Below, piece by piece: positions 46,993 to 55,896 of a stretch of 64,000 nucleotides of DNA. The translations under genes and the position numbers were made by a program. Source of the DNA: a virus (Duplodnaviria; Caudoviricetes); IMG/VR virus record IMGVR_UViG_3300010340_001609, positions 28,325 to 92,324 of that record, one strand, 5' to 3'. Position 1 is the first letter of the stretch; every line of letters begins with the position of its first letter. Under the pieces are notes generated by a model that saw nothing but the letters and a program-made list of their open reading frames with translations, was not told the DNA's origin and did not search any database.

Positions 46993-47415
46993 TCACATAA
47001 AGATACCAGTTATTTTTTTATAATCTATTTCAACATTAGTAAATCCTTTATCGAAAACAATTGATACTTCAAAAAGTGATTTGTTTTTAATAAATTCTAA
47101 TTGATAAAATTCTTCGCAAGGAAAAATTTCATATAAAGATTTATAAAAAGAATATCTCCGATAAATTTCTTTTTCGTTTAAAACTTGATAACAATGATTT
47201 ATGGAAAAAAGTGCTTGTTCATATTGGTCAATTTCAATTCGTATTGAATATTTTATATCGGATAACAAAATAAAATTTTGTTTTTTAATAAAAGCAATGT
47301 TTTTTTCAGATTCATAATCTTGAAAGAAAGAAAAATTTTTTTTATACATATTATCCACAAGTGATAATACTTTTTTTAAAAATTCTTCTTCTTCGAAGCT
47401 TTTAATGCTATTCAT
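46993..47415 (-). CDS. Hypothetical protein
   Basis: 140-aa ORF overlapping the thyA stop. Confidence 0.45.
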   Translation of the reverse strand: MNSIKSFEEEEFLKKVLSLVDNMYKKNFSFFQDYESEKNIAFIKKQNFILLSDIKYSIRIEIDQYEQALFSINHCYQVLNEKEIYRRYSFYKSLYEIFPCEEFYQLEFIKNKSLFEVSIVFDKGFTNVEIDYKKITGIFM

Positions 47416-48281
47416 ACAGCTATTTCCAATTCTGATTTTATTTTTTTAGGAGAATTAAAACCTTTAATAAGAAAATCTTCTAATTTTATCGAATAGAAAC
47501 CTTTGTTTATATTCAATTCTAAAACTGGGTTTTCCTCTAGAGGTTCTCTCAACATTAGTTCATTTGCCGCATTTAAATGCCTATCATAAATGTGTAAATT
47601 GTGTACATAATGACAAAATTTTCCAGGTTTATAATTCAAATCTGAGCAAACCATTAAAAGCAAAGCATAATATTGCGCTTTATTAATCCAGTTTGCCATT
47701 ATATAATCTGAACTTCTTTGAACTAACGTCATGTCAAGAATCATTTCCTTTTCTTGCTTCCTAACAGACCATATAGTTTCATATGCACATGGATGTAAAC
47801 CTTTAGATTCTAAAAGATCAGATTCTTGATAAAGATTCATTATATGTCTTCTGCTAAATGGTTCTTGTTTTAAACTATGTAAAAGTTTATTCATTAAATC
47901 CCATTTTTTTACTGTTTCTCCATAGCGAATGCCAATGGTCCCATTACCAATATCCCAATTGTCCCACCAGTCAATTCCACTTTGCCGCGCCGTTTGAAGC
48001 GAGGAATCCTGGCTCTGGTAAATCCACATTACTTCTTTAATTCCAGTTTTGACGGCTGTGTTCCTAAGCGTTGTAAATGGAAATTCTCCATTATAAACAT
48101 CATATTCTTCAAAAACTTGAGTCAAATATATACTTTTTGCTGGTGTTCCATCTTTATATTTTGGTCTTGGATTTTCGTCTTTATAACCTTTGGTTATAAG
48201 TTTGTATAGATTTTGTTTATAGTATTGATCAGCTTTATTCATTTTATTATTTATCTTTTTGTTCCTCAAAATAAAACCCAT
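47412..48281 (-). CDS. thyA: Thymidylate synthase (ThyA)
   Basis: FPFTTLR, SRRHI, LHPCAY catalytic Cys, QRSSD...N, HNLHIYDRH; likely start at MNKADQYY. Confidence 0.92.
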   Translation of the reverse strand: MGFILRNKKINNKMNKADQYYKQNLYKLITKGYKDENPRPKYKDGTPAKSIYLTQVFEEYDVYNGEFPFTTLRNTAVKTGIKEVMWIYQSQDSSLQTARQSGIDWWDNWDIGNGTIGIRYGETVKKWDLMNKLLHSLKQEPFSRRHIMNLYQESDLLESKGLHPCAYETIWSVRKQEKEMILDMTLVQRSSDYIMANWINKAQYYALLLMVCSDLNYKPGKFCHYVHNLHIYDRHLNAANELMLREPLEENPVLELNINKGFYSIKLEDFLIKGFNSPKKIKSELEIAV

Positions 48282-48900
48282 AAAGATTTTTTAATTCTAG
48301 ATTATTTTTAGATTTTAATAATCCATAAGATAATAATCTGTGAGTTCCATCTATTATTTTATATGTTCCAGTTGAAGTTTTACAAACAACTAATCTATTT
48401 GTTGCTACCCAAATATTTTTAGAATTTAAAATTTTTTGCGATGTAATTTCTTTTGTTTTTGGTAATTTTACTTCATTTATTTCAAACCAAGATTCAAGAG
48501 ATTTCATTCTCTTTCTTATATCTTCTATTGCATCAATAGATTTTTCAATGTCTTCTTTATTTTTTCTTATGATTTTAAACCCTTTATTTTTCGATATGGA
48601 CAATTTATAATTGTCCAAAAATGTCTCAAACGAGATATTCGAAAAACAGGATTCAAAACTCATTAATTCTTCAAACGAAAATTTTGCAAATGTAATAGAT
48701 GAATTTTTCATAAATTCTGATATATATTTTCTTTTTGAATCAAAAACTGTTTCTCTTAGTTTGTTTTGAATTTGACAAGAGAAATTAGGATCTTCAATTA
48801 ATGAAGAATTTAATAGTTTAATATTGTCTATTAATGCGTGATCGCCATTCAACATGGACCATATTAAAAATTCTTTATTTGTTGTTTGTATTATTTTCAT
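48247..48900 (-). CDS. Hypothetical protein with ParB/Srx-like motif
   Basis: LVVCK...YKIIDGTHRL. Confidence 0.5.
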   Translation of the reverse strand: MKIIQTTNKEFLIWSMLNGDHALIDNIKLLNSSLIEDPNFSCQIQNKLRETVFDSKRKYISEFMKNSSITFAKFSFEELMSFESCFSNISFETFLDNYKLSISKNKGFKIIRKNKEDIEKSIDAIEDIRKRMKSLESWFEINEVKLPKTKEITSQKILNSKNIWVATNRLVVCKTSTGTYKIIDGTHRLLSYGLLKSKNNLELKNLYGFYFEEQKDK

Positions 48901-49235
48901 TCGATTATATATTTTTCCATTCCAGGAATTATTATTTTTTCTTGAATCCCATCCTTGTCAATATATTTCCAAATTTGAACAATTGGATACTCAGGATGAA
49001 CTTCTTTTGAGAGAATTATAAATTTACTTAAATCAAGTTTATTGCGATGAAAATACCAAATACGGTGTCCATTTAACCACCAGGATTTTTTACCATTTTC
49101 CCAAATAACCGCTGGCCCATCTTCTCTATGGTTGCTGCCGTTTTTATACCACCAATTATCTCCATTGCTCCATTCAATGATTCCCGTATAATCATCTGGG
49201 ATTTCACTCCAATGTTTTATTTTTATGGTTTTCAT
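48897..49235 (-). CDS. HREDGP-motif protein, tandem copy A
   Basis: YTGIIEW..G..WWYKNG..HREDGPA. Confidence 0.75.
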   Translation of the reverse strand: MKTIKIKHWSEIPDDYTGIIEWSNGDNWWYKNGSNHREDGPAVIWENGKKSWWLNGHRIWYFHRNKLDLSKFIILSKEVHPEYPIVQIWKYIDKDGIQEKIIIPGMEKYIIE

Positions 49236-49582
49236 TCAGTTATATATTCTTTCATCCCAGGGTTTATCACTTGTTCTTGAATTCCATTCTGATCAATATA
49301 TTTCCAAATCTGAACTGTTGGGTATTCAGGATGAATCCCTTTTGAGAGAATGATTTTGTTTTTTAAATTAAGTTTATTCCAACGGGAACTCCAAATCATT
49401 TTATTATCCAAATACCAGGCTTTGTCATCATTTTCCCAAATAATCGCTGGGCCATCTTCTCGATGCCATTTTTCATTTTTATACCACCATTTATCTCCAT
49501 TTTCCCATTCAATAATTCCCGTATAGTTATCTGGAACTTCGGTCCAATGTTTTGCTTTTATTGTTATCATTCTATAATCCAC
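49232..49582 (-). CDS. HREDGP-motif protein, tandem copy B
   Basis: Paralog of copy A. Confidence 0.75.
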   Translation of the reverse strand: MDYRMITIKAKHWTEVPDNYTGIIEWENGDKWWYKNEKWHREDGPAIIWENDDKAWYLDNKMIWSSRWNKLNLKNKIILSKGIHPEYPTVQIWKYIDQNGIQEQVINPGMKEYITE

Positions 49583-49917
49583 TCTTCCATTCCAGGAATT
49601 ATAATTTGTTCCTGAATTCCATTCTGATCAATATATTTCAAAACTTGGCAAGTTGAATATCCTAGATGCGGCTCTTTCAAAAGAACTATATATTCATTTA
49701 AATCAAGTTTATTTTGATTAGAATACCAAATACGGTATCCATTTAACCACCAGGATTTTTTGCCATTTTTCCAAATAACCGCTGGTCCATCTTCTCGATG
49801 CCACTTTCCGTTTTTAAGCCACAATTCATCCCCATTCTCCCATTCAATAATTCCTGTATAGTGTTTTGGAACATCCTCCCAATGTTTCACTTTTATCGTT
49901 TTCATTCTATAAACCAC
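49567..49917 (-). CDS. HREDGP-motif protein, tandem copy C
   Basis: Paralog of copy A. Confidence 0.75.
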   Translation of the reverse strand: MVYRMKTIKVKHWEDVPKHYTGIIEWENGDELWLKNGKWHREDGPAVIWKNGKKSWWLNGYRIWYSNQNKLDLNEYIVLLKEPHLGYSTCQVLKYIDQNGIQEQIIIPGMEEWIIE

Positions 49918-50240
49918 TCTTCCATCCCAGGAATCACAATTTGTTCTTGAATTCCATATTCATCAATATATTTGAATAGTTGACAAGCTACATACAATGG
50001 ATGTGGTTCTTTCGAAAGAATTATTCTATTTCTTAAATCTAATTTATCCCAACTAGAATTCCAAATATATTTTCCATCTAACCACCATTCTTTCTCTCCG
50101 TTATAATAAATAAATGATGGTCCATCTTCTCGATGCCGTTTTCCATTTTTATACCACCATTTTGAACCACTTAAGAATTCAACAATTCCTGTATAATTGC
50201 TTGGAATTTCATAACCCGTGTTTGCTTTTATTGTATTCAT
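49902..50240 (-). CDS. HREDGP-motif protein, tandem copy D
   Basis: Paralog of copy A. Confidence 0.75.
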   Translation of the reverse strand: MNTIKANTGYEIPSNYTGIVEFLSGSKWWYKNGKRHREDGPSFIYYNGEKEWWLDGKYIWNSSWDKLDLRNRIILSKEPHPLYVACQLFKYIDEYGIQEQIVIPGMEEWFIE

Positions 50241-50816
50241 TTACACAATTTCTTTTTTTATATTATATTTTTTCAGCACATATCTTTCATAAAAGATATT
50301 TTCTTTGCTGTTATCATTTTTAAAATATGATTTTTCATCTAATAAAGAAACTTTTTCCTCTTGAAACCATTGATTTGAGTCAATTAAAGATTTGGGTGAA
50401 AAATCTATTTTTTTATCAAAAACATTGACTTTTTTCTGGTTGATTGTTTCAGATAATTCTGAAAAATAAATCTCATCAACCAATGAAAATAGCTGTCTAT
50501 AAATTTCTGATCCACCTATAATAAAAATTTTATTATTAACTGAATAAATGATTTCTTTGTTTTGCTCTTTCCATTCATCAACTGATGAAAATATTTTGAT
50601 TCCTTCTTTTTGAGCTAAAGTTTTTGAAATAACATGATTGATTCTATTAGGAAGAGGTTTTCCAATTGATTCGAAAGTTTTTCTTCCCATTACAATCATG
50701 TTATTACTCGTCAAAGTTTTGAACCACTTTAGATCAGAAGGAAGAAACCAAGAAAGGGCATTATCGTTTCCGATATGCCCTTCTTTAGTTGCTGCGACAA
50801 TTAACGCTACCGTCAT
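50241..50816 (-). CDS. folA: Dihydrofolate reductase
   Basis: LIVAA....IG.DNAL.W.LPSDLKWFK..T, VMGRKTFESIGKPLPNRINHVIS, FIIGGSEIY. Confidence 0.95.
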   Translation of the reverse strand: MTVALIVAATKEGHIGNDNALSWFLPSDLKWFKTLTSNNMIVMGRKTFESIGKPLPNRINHVISKTLAQKEGIKIFSSVDEWKEQNKEIIYSVNNKIFIIGGSEIYRQLFSLVDEIYFSELSETINQKKVNVFDKKIDFSPKSLIDSNQWFQEEKVSLLDEKSYFKNDNSKENIFYERYVLKKYNIKKEIV

Positions 50817-50827
50817 AGTAGCATATG

Positions 50828-52540
50828 TTACTTCTGATTTTTCGTGCTGTCAAGTGTCAAGCGAGCGATTACAGACATTACAAACACGTTGCCCAAGGTC
50901 CAAACTAGCATAGGAAACCAGCCGAAAGGAAAGGCGTGCAAACCACTCAAGAAAGTGCCTAGCAGAAATGCTGAAGTTCCGAGTGTAAAGCCGCCAATGG
51001 GTGCTCTTAGAGCTTTATTGGAATAGAATGTTCCAATCAAGACAAGAGGCAGAAAAGCGCTTCCAAGTGGAAGAAACTGATGAATGAATGTATTTGTAAA
51101 GAATGTCAATTCTCCTGGCGGGACAGTTAGAATTTTAGGCAACGAGAATGGCAGCCACATTGTTAGAATACTAAGACCAAAAGTCGCATACATTGCTGGG
51201 AATAGCCAGCGTTTTTGATCTTCTACTTTGCCGCCTTTTTTGGCAATGGCGGCCATTATAAGTGCTGTCATTAACATAAATGAAAACCCTCTCCAAAGGG
51301 ATTTTTTCATCTCAATTTTTGAAACAGCATTTTTTGCTGAAACAACTCCAGCACCATAAAGTTCTGGACTTCTGTCTCTATGTTCTGGCACTTCCGCAGA
51401 TGATCTTAAAATAGATTCAACTGCGGAAGGATCTGTCACTCCCATAGAAACAATCAACGCAGCAACTCCTGCAACGTGTGGCGCAGCCATTGAAGTTCCG
51501 CTCCACGCAACAAATTGTTCACAGCCATTTCTGCCTCTGTCACAAATAGTTTGTTGAGGAATATTGACACCAGGGGCCGCAATTGCAATTTCAGTTCCTC
51601 TAGAGCTAAATTCTGCAATTACATCCCCTGGTCCAATTGCACTAACTGCAAAAGATCCAGGTTCATTTGCAGGCGATTCTACTCTGTGTCCATTGTTTCC
51701 CGCAGCGCAGATAACAACAGAACCTCTCGCCCTCGCATAAGCTACAGCTTCCGCCATAATTGGGTTTCTAGGCCCTCCACCAAGAGAAAGGTTAATTACA
51801 TTTGCACCGTTATCGGCAGCAAACCTAATTCCTTCCGCAACATCGGCCAAAGTACCAGAACCTCTGGAATCCAGCACTTTAACAGGAATAATTGTAGAAC
51901 AATGTGCAATCCCCGCAAACCCAACGCCGTTATTTGTTGCTTGCGCAATTGTTCCAGCAACATGACTTCCATGACCTTGATCGTCGGATGCTCTATTCGT
52001 ATCATTAACAAAGTTCCATCCTTCGACACAATTTGTCGTGTTAAGATCGGAAAGTCTTTGGAAGTTTCCGTGTGTCTCGCACGCAACACCAGTATCAACC
52101 ACAGCTACTCTAACATTTCTTCCGCAAGTTTGGTTCCATGCTTGTTCTACGCCAATTCGACGTAGGCCCCATTGTTCTGAAAATCTAGGATCATTTGGAG
52201 TCCAAAACATTCTCATAACATGATTTTGTTCCGCCCCCTGTACGTTTGATTCGTTGCGAATACGCGAAATAATGCTGTTTCCAGCATTTGCTTCCGCTCT
52301 AAATAAATAAATTCTATCTGAATTTACCATTTGTGGGCTATTTGCCTGTAGATTGATTCCATAGCGCTGAGAAACTTCCCTGATTGAAGTTTCTGATGCC
52401 GAATCCTGAAAATCGACAACAAATTCCTGTTCAGAACTTGATTGTCCAGATTCATCATTAAATGTTGCGTGTTGCGCAGCCGCGGCACTCGGAAACAACG
52501 CAGAAACGAGAAGTACAGAGAGACTAGTTAGCTTTTTCAT
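50828..52540 (-). CDS. Subtilisin-like S8 serine protease with signal peptide, prodomain and C-terminal membrane domain
   Basis: VAVVDTG (Asp), GHGSHVAGTI (His), SGTSMAAPHVAG (Ser); several C-terminal TM helices; visibly higher GC than flanks. Confidence 0.93.
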   Translation of the reverse strand: MKKLTSLSVLLVSALFPSAAAAQHATFNDESGQSSSEQEFVVDFQDSASETSIREVSQRYGINLQANSPQMVNSDRIYLFRAEANAGNSIISRIRNESNVQGAEQNHVMRMFWTPNDPRFSEQWGLRRIGVEQAWNQTCGRNVRVAVVDTGVACETHGNFQRLSDLNTTNCVEGWNFVNDTNRASDDQGHGSHVAGTIAQATNNGVGFAGIAHCSTIIPVKVLDSRGSGTLADVAEGIRFAADNGANVINLSLGGGPRNPIMAEAVAYARARGSVVICAAGNNGHRVESPANEPGSFAVSAIGPGDVIAEFSSRGTEIAIAAPGVNIPQQTICDRGRNGCEQFVAWSGTSMAAPHVAGVAALIVSMGVTDPSAVESILRSSAEVPEHRDRSPELYGAGVVSAKNAVSKIEMKKSLWRGFSFMLMTALIMAAIAKKGGKVEDQKRWLFPAMYATFGLSILTMWLPFSLPKILTVPPGELTFFTNTFIHQFLPLGSAFLPLVLIGTFYSNKALRAPIGGFTLGTSAFLLGTFLSGLHAFPFGWFPMLVWTLGNVFVMSVIARLTLDSTKNQK

Positions 52541-52585
52541 TTTTCTTCTTTCGTTGTGGTTTATTGCAGTCGTTCAGTCCACCCC

Positions 52586-52613
52586 ATGATAAGCACCGCG
52601 AGCGCGGCGTCAA
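52586..52613 (-). promoter_or_regulatory. Sigma70-type promoter with GC-rich spacer, upstream of the S8 protease
   Basis: TTGACG-ccgcgctcgcggtgct-TATCAT. Confidence 0.65.
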
Positions 52614-52659
52614 CCGCAAATTCTTAAATCTCATCACACATTGTTAATGTGCGCAGGTC

Positions 52660-52896
52660 TTATACATGTTTTTCATATTGAAAAACATTTTTTATAAATG
52701 CATGGAAGTATTTTCCCTTGGATTCTGAATTTTTAAATTCAAACCAAGTTTCTTCTGATACTCCTTTATATTCATAAACCGAACCATTTGTTTTAAATTG
52801 TAACTTTAATCTATGGTACAAAGGGTTATATTCAGCTTTTAAAAGTAACTTACTACTTTCAGTATCGAATTGTTCTGTTGTTAGTGTATCTATCAT
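52660..52896 (-). CDS. KTSC-domain protein
   Basis: SS.L....YNP....L.LQFK.NGSVYEY.GV....W..F..SESKGKYF...IK. Confidence 0.85.
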   Translation of the reverse strand: MIDTLTTEQFDTESSKLLLKAEYNPLYHRLKLQFKTNGSVYEYKGVSEETWFEFKNSESKGKYFHAFIKNVFQYEKHV

Positions 52897-52929
52897 TTTT
52901 TATTAATCTCTTTTAACTATTTTTTTCTC

Positions 52930-53361
52930 TTAGATTTTGTTTATTACAACTTTAGACATTGGAAGATATCTTCCAGAAAAAACTCTTTTTACATGCTTTA
53001 TTTGTTTACTATCAACAAAATAAAAATTAAAATTTTGATGTTTTAGTGAATCTGCTAAAACTTTCTCCTTTTTATACAAATTTTTTTCTTCAAGAACAAG
53101 AAGAAGAGTTAAATCACTCTGTTTGGTATTTTTTGAAAAAAAATTTTTATTCGACGGAAGAGGAATTAAATTTTTATATTTTTGTCCAAATTTCTTAATA
53201 GAATTTTTTATTTTTCTATTCATTTTTGCTACTTCAACAAAGTACAATCCTTGTTTATAAAATGTGTTTATATTAACTTTAATTGATGTTTTTTCAAAAA
53301 TAAGAGAATTATAATTGATTAATAAATGATAATAAAAAGTAACTAAATCTGATTTATTCAT
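52930..53361 (-). CDS. Hypothetical basic protein
   Basis: 143-aa ORF. Confidence 0.45.
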   Translation of the reverse strand: MNKSDLVTFYYHLLINYNSLIFEKTSIKVNINTFYKQGLYFVEVAKMNRKIKNSIKKFGQKYKNLIPLPSNKNFFSKNTKQSDLTLLLVLEEKNLYKKEKVLADSLKHQNFNFYFVDSKQIKHVKRVFSGRYLPMSKVVINKI

Positions 53362-53386
53362 TTTAAACCACTTGTTTCAAATGCAC

Positions 53387-53416
53387 AAAAACCCATAAAG
53401 AATATCTTTATGGGTT
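53387..53416 (-). terminator. Intrinsic-terminator-like hairpin
   Basis: AACCCATAAAGA-ATA-TCTTTATGGGTT 12-bp stem with a short T tract on the minus strand; second hairpin TATTGTCT-AATA-AGACAATA at 53422-53441. Confidence 0.6.
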
Positions 53417-53451
53417 CGATTTATTGTCTAATAAGACAATAGACTATTGTG

Positions 53452-53880
53452 TCAAACTCTTTTTGAGTTCATTGCTTTTACATAAGTTGTAAAAAATGAA
53501 CCCGCCGATTTACGGCGACGCCATGACATAGCCATTTCTTTAGTGAAGCCTTCGTAGAGATATCTATCACCGTTTTTGAAAACTACGGTCATATTACCCA
53601 TGACAGGATTGCTTTTATTTGTGGCTACCCAACGGAAACTTTTAATAAAAGTGCTTTCTTCAAATTTGTGTTCAATTGTAAACAATGCGTTGTGCGCAAC
53701 TTTTGTAGTTGTATTTTTTGTTGAAGGTGTTGTTCTCTTTAACTTTGGATGAATTTTTGATCCAATTGTTTTATTAGTAGTAGTTGTTGATGATGATTTT
53801 GACATTTTTCTTGTTGATGATTTTTTCGTAGTCATTTTTCTTGTGTTTGTGTTTGTTTTTGTCTTTGTCATGGCACACAT
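53452..53880 (-). CDS. KTSC-like domain protein with Lys/Thr-rich N-terminal tail
   Basis: ESTFI.....MTVVFKNGDRYLYEG......W....SAGSFFTTYVK; likely leaderless start at 53871. Confidence 0.65.
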   Translation of the reverse strand: MCAMTKTKTNTNTRKMTTKKSSTRKMSKSSSTTTTNKTIGSKIHPKLKRTTPSTKNTTTKVAHNALFTIEHKFEESTFIKSFRWVATNKSNPVMGNMTVVFKNGDRYLYEGFTKEMAMSWRRRKSAGSFFTTYVKAMNSKRV

Positions 53881-53906
53881 TATAAGGCGCCGTGAGCGGC
53901 CGTCAA
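53879..53906 (-). promoter_or_regulatory. Sigma70-type promoter with GC-rich spacer
   Basis: TTGACG-gccgctcacggcgcct-TATAAT, with ATG 7 nt downstream. Confidence 0.7.
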
Positions 53907-53923
53907 CCCCTCGCGACTAATTT

Positions 53924-54157
53924 TCAATCCTCGTTGTGTTTGACTTTATATTGAATAAAGTGTTGTTGTACAACTTTTAATTCATCAAAAGTTAATCCAA
54001 TAGAATCTTGTTGACCACTAACATTTATAAAAAAAACTTCAGAATATCTTTGCCTGTCGTATCCATGATCGTCAAACAAAACAACGGTTCTTGCTCTTAT
54101 GACAAGATCTTTTTTTTCTCCTAAAGTTTCTTCACGAATTATCTTCTGCTTTAACAT
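53924..54157 (-). CDS. Hypothetical protein
   Basis: 77-aa ORF. Confidence 0.45.
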   Translation of the reverse strand: MLKQKIIREETLGEKKDLVIRARTVVLFDDHGYDRQRYSEVFFINVSGQQDSIGLTFDELKVVQQHFIQYKVKHNED

Positions 54158-54497
54158 TAATTTGTTCCTCTTGTTTTTTTTCTTCTAATTCATCTAGAAT
54201 AGCTTTAATTCCTAAAAATGTATATCCATTACAATCAAGATATGCATCTAATCTACCTTCTTCTGGTGGCAATAAACTACTATTTGCTATTCTACTTAGT
54301 TTATCTAAAACTCTAACAATAAACATTAAATCTGAATATTGTTCTGGAACAACGCCATCTGGAAAAAGAAGTTTAAGATGTTCTGATGTTTTATTGAAAG
54401 AATTTCCATATGCTTTATTTTTCTTTTCTAGTAATTCAGCCTGTGTCGTTGCAATTTCTAAAAATGTTTTACCCATAAACAAATGATAAACACACAT
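54132..54497 (-). CDS. DUF1599-like / nucleotide-modification-associated all-alpha protein
   Basis: LLEKKNKAYGNSF...RVLDKLSRIAN...DAYLDCNGY. Confidence 0.6.
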   Translation of the reverse strand: MCVYHLFMGKTFLEIATTQAELLEKKNKAYGNSFNKTSEHLKLLFPDGVVPEQYSDLMFIVRVLDKLSRIANSSLLPPEEGRLDAYLDCNGYTFLGIKAILDELEEKKQEEQINVKAEDNS

Positions 54498-54518
54498 AAT
54501 ACATTGCGCAATAGAAAA

Positions 54519-54785
54519 CTATTCTTTTTCTACTGGGAGATTTATATATACAACAACGATCGTATATTTGCCACGCATTGATTGCGAAGATTTCAAGTAA
54601 TTCATCACTGAAATTTCAGCCGCCTCCCAAGAATCAAATAATGGATCTGTTTTTCCATCTATTGTTACAGATTCAAAAAATTCATTTACAATCCGAAATT
54701 TTTTATGGGGCACGAGTTTAAAATCATGAGAACTAATTTTTCTTGGGGATAAATCATTTCTCTGCCCCGTTTTTTTATTTTTCAT
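54519..54785 (-). CDS. Hypothetical protein
   Basis: 88-aa ORF. Confidence 0.4.
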   Translation of the reverse strand: MKNKKTGQRNDLSPRKISSHDFKLVPHKKFRIVNEFFESVTIDGKTDPLFDSWEAAEISVMNYLKSSQSMRGKYTIVVVYINLPVEKE

Positions 54786-55179
54786 TAAATTCCTTTAAGT
54801 TTATTTTAATAGAAGGAATTCCTTTTAAAAATTTTTTATTTTCCAAATATTCTTGAAACCCAGAAAAAACATAAAAAATTTCCTTGGTAACTTTGTTTTG
54901 ATACATTATTGTTGGAAAATAAAAATTGATTATATCTTTTTCATCTTTATATTTTCCCATATCAACAATCTTATATTGAGTTTTGAAAAATTTCCTTACA
55001 GTTCTCCTTGTAATGATTTTAACAGGCTCTAATTCTTTTATTTCATTTTCTGTAAGTGAAACGGCATTAAAATAACATCGTTCATCATATTCATCTTGAA
55101 TTATTTCAAAAAACATGAAATACGTTGTTGTTTTGCCCACTTTTGTTATACAATTCTTTAAAAGTTTTCTTGTGAGCAT
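54775..55179 (-). CDS. Hypothetical protein
   Basis: 134-aa ORF with AAGGTG RBS-like site. Confidence 0.45.
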   Translation of the reverse strand: MLTRKLLKNCITKVGKTTTYFMFFEIIQDEYDERCYFNAVSLTENEIKELEPVKIITRRTVRKFFKTQYKIVDMGKYKDEKDIINFYFPTIMYQNKVTKEIFYVFSGFQEYLENKKFLKGIPSIKINLKEFNEK

Positions 55180-55205
55180 TGTCCACCTTATTAATAAGTA
55201 TATGA

Positions 55206-55520
55206 TTATTCTTTTGAGTCAGTTTGCATTATAGCAATAATATGCTTTATTAACTTTTGTGGATCTGTTATTAACTCTTTATTTGTTTCTATTGAAACAG
55301 AAATCAAACTTGTTAAGGCTTCAATTTCAAAATAAATATTTTTAAATGATAAAGTTGTCATTATTACCACAAATATATTTTCTAACACATCATCAGATTT
55401 AGAATTTTCGATCGAGGAAAATTGATTTAATTCATCAATTTTTGAATTTAAAAATTCAATTTGTAATTCAGTAAGATCATCATAAATACCTTCGTTTTCT
55501 AGTGCGATTTTATTTATCAT
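55206..55520 (-). CDS. Hypothetical acidic protein
   Basis: 104-aa ORF with AAGG upstream. Confidence 0.45.
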   Translation of the reverse strand: MINKIALENEGIYDDLTELQIEFLNSKIDELNQFSSIENSKSDDVLENIFVVIMTTLSFKNIYFEIEALTSLISVSIETNKELITDPQKLIKHIIAIMQTDSKE

Positions 55521-55530
55521 TTTTACCTTT

Positions 55531-55878
55531 TCATATTGGGATTACATTTGCTTTTACTAAGGAAATTATTTCTCTTAAAATTTCTGTATTTGTGTATTTT
55601 CTATCTGTTATAGATTCAACGAGTTTTAATATTTCATTAATGTCAGGTATATTTCCAATAATTTTAATAGTCATGATTATAGCGTTTTCCAAAGATGACC
55701 ATTCAATTTTCTTTTTGGATACCCAGGCACTATATTTAAAATTATGGATTTTTAAACAGTTTTTACTACAACAGGAAACATTTGCAGATCTATCAAGAAA
55801 TTTTTGTTCATCTGAAGGTATAAAAAGATACCCGCAATTAGCACAAAAAATTTGATAAAAAATCATTATGGTACCCAA
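55531..55878 (-). CDS. Small zinc-finger protein
   Basis: CANCG...CCSKNC. Confidence 0.5.
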   Translation of the reverse strand: MGTIMIFYQIFCANCGYLFIPSDEQKFLDRSANVSCCSKNCLKIHNFKYSAWVSKKKIEWSSLENAIIMTIKIIGNIPDINEILKLVESITDRKYTNTEILREIISLVKANVIPI

Positions 55879-55896
55879 TATTAGATATGTTGTAAG

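Larger units (their letters stand above)
48897..50240 (-). repeat. Tandem array of four approximately 335-bp paralogous genes
   Basis: ORF ends at 48897, 49232, 49567 and 49902 are spaced exactly 335 nt apart; shared blocks such as CCATCTTCTC and TCAATATATTT. Confidence 0.85.

Noticed and set aside
47412-48281. ThyA homolog acting as a dCMP hydroxymethylase for DNA modification
   Set aside because: It keeps the Asn after QRSxD typical of dUMP specificity and lies near folA, so ordinary thymidylate synthase is the simpler call.
48897-50240. Diversity-generating retroelement or CRISPR array
   Set aside because: The repeats are whole coding paralogs with differences at all bases. No reverse transcriptase or repeat-spacer pattern is visible in the window.
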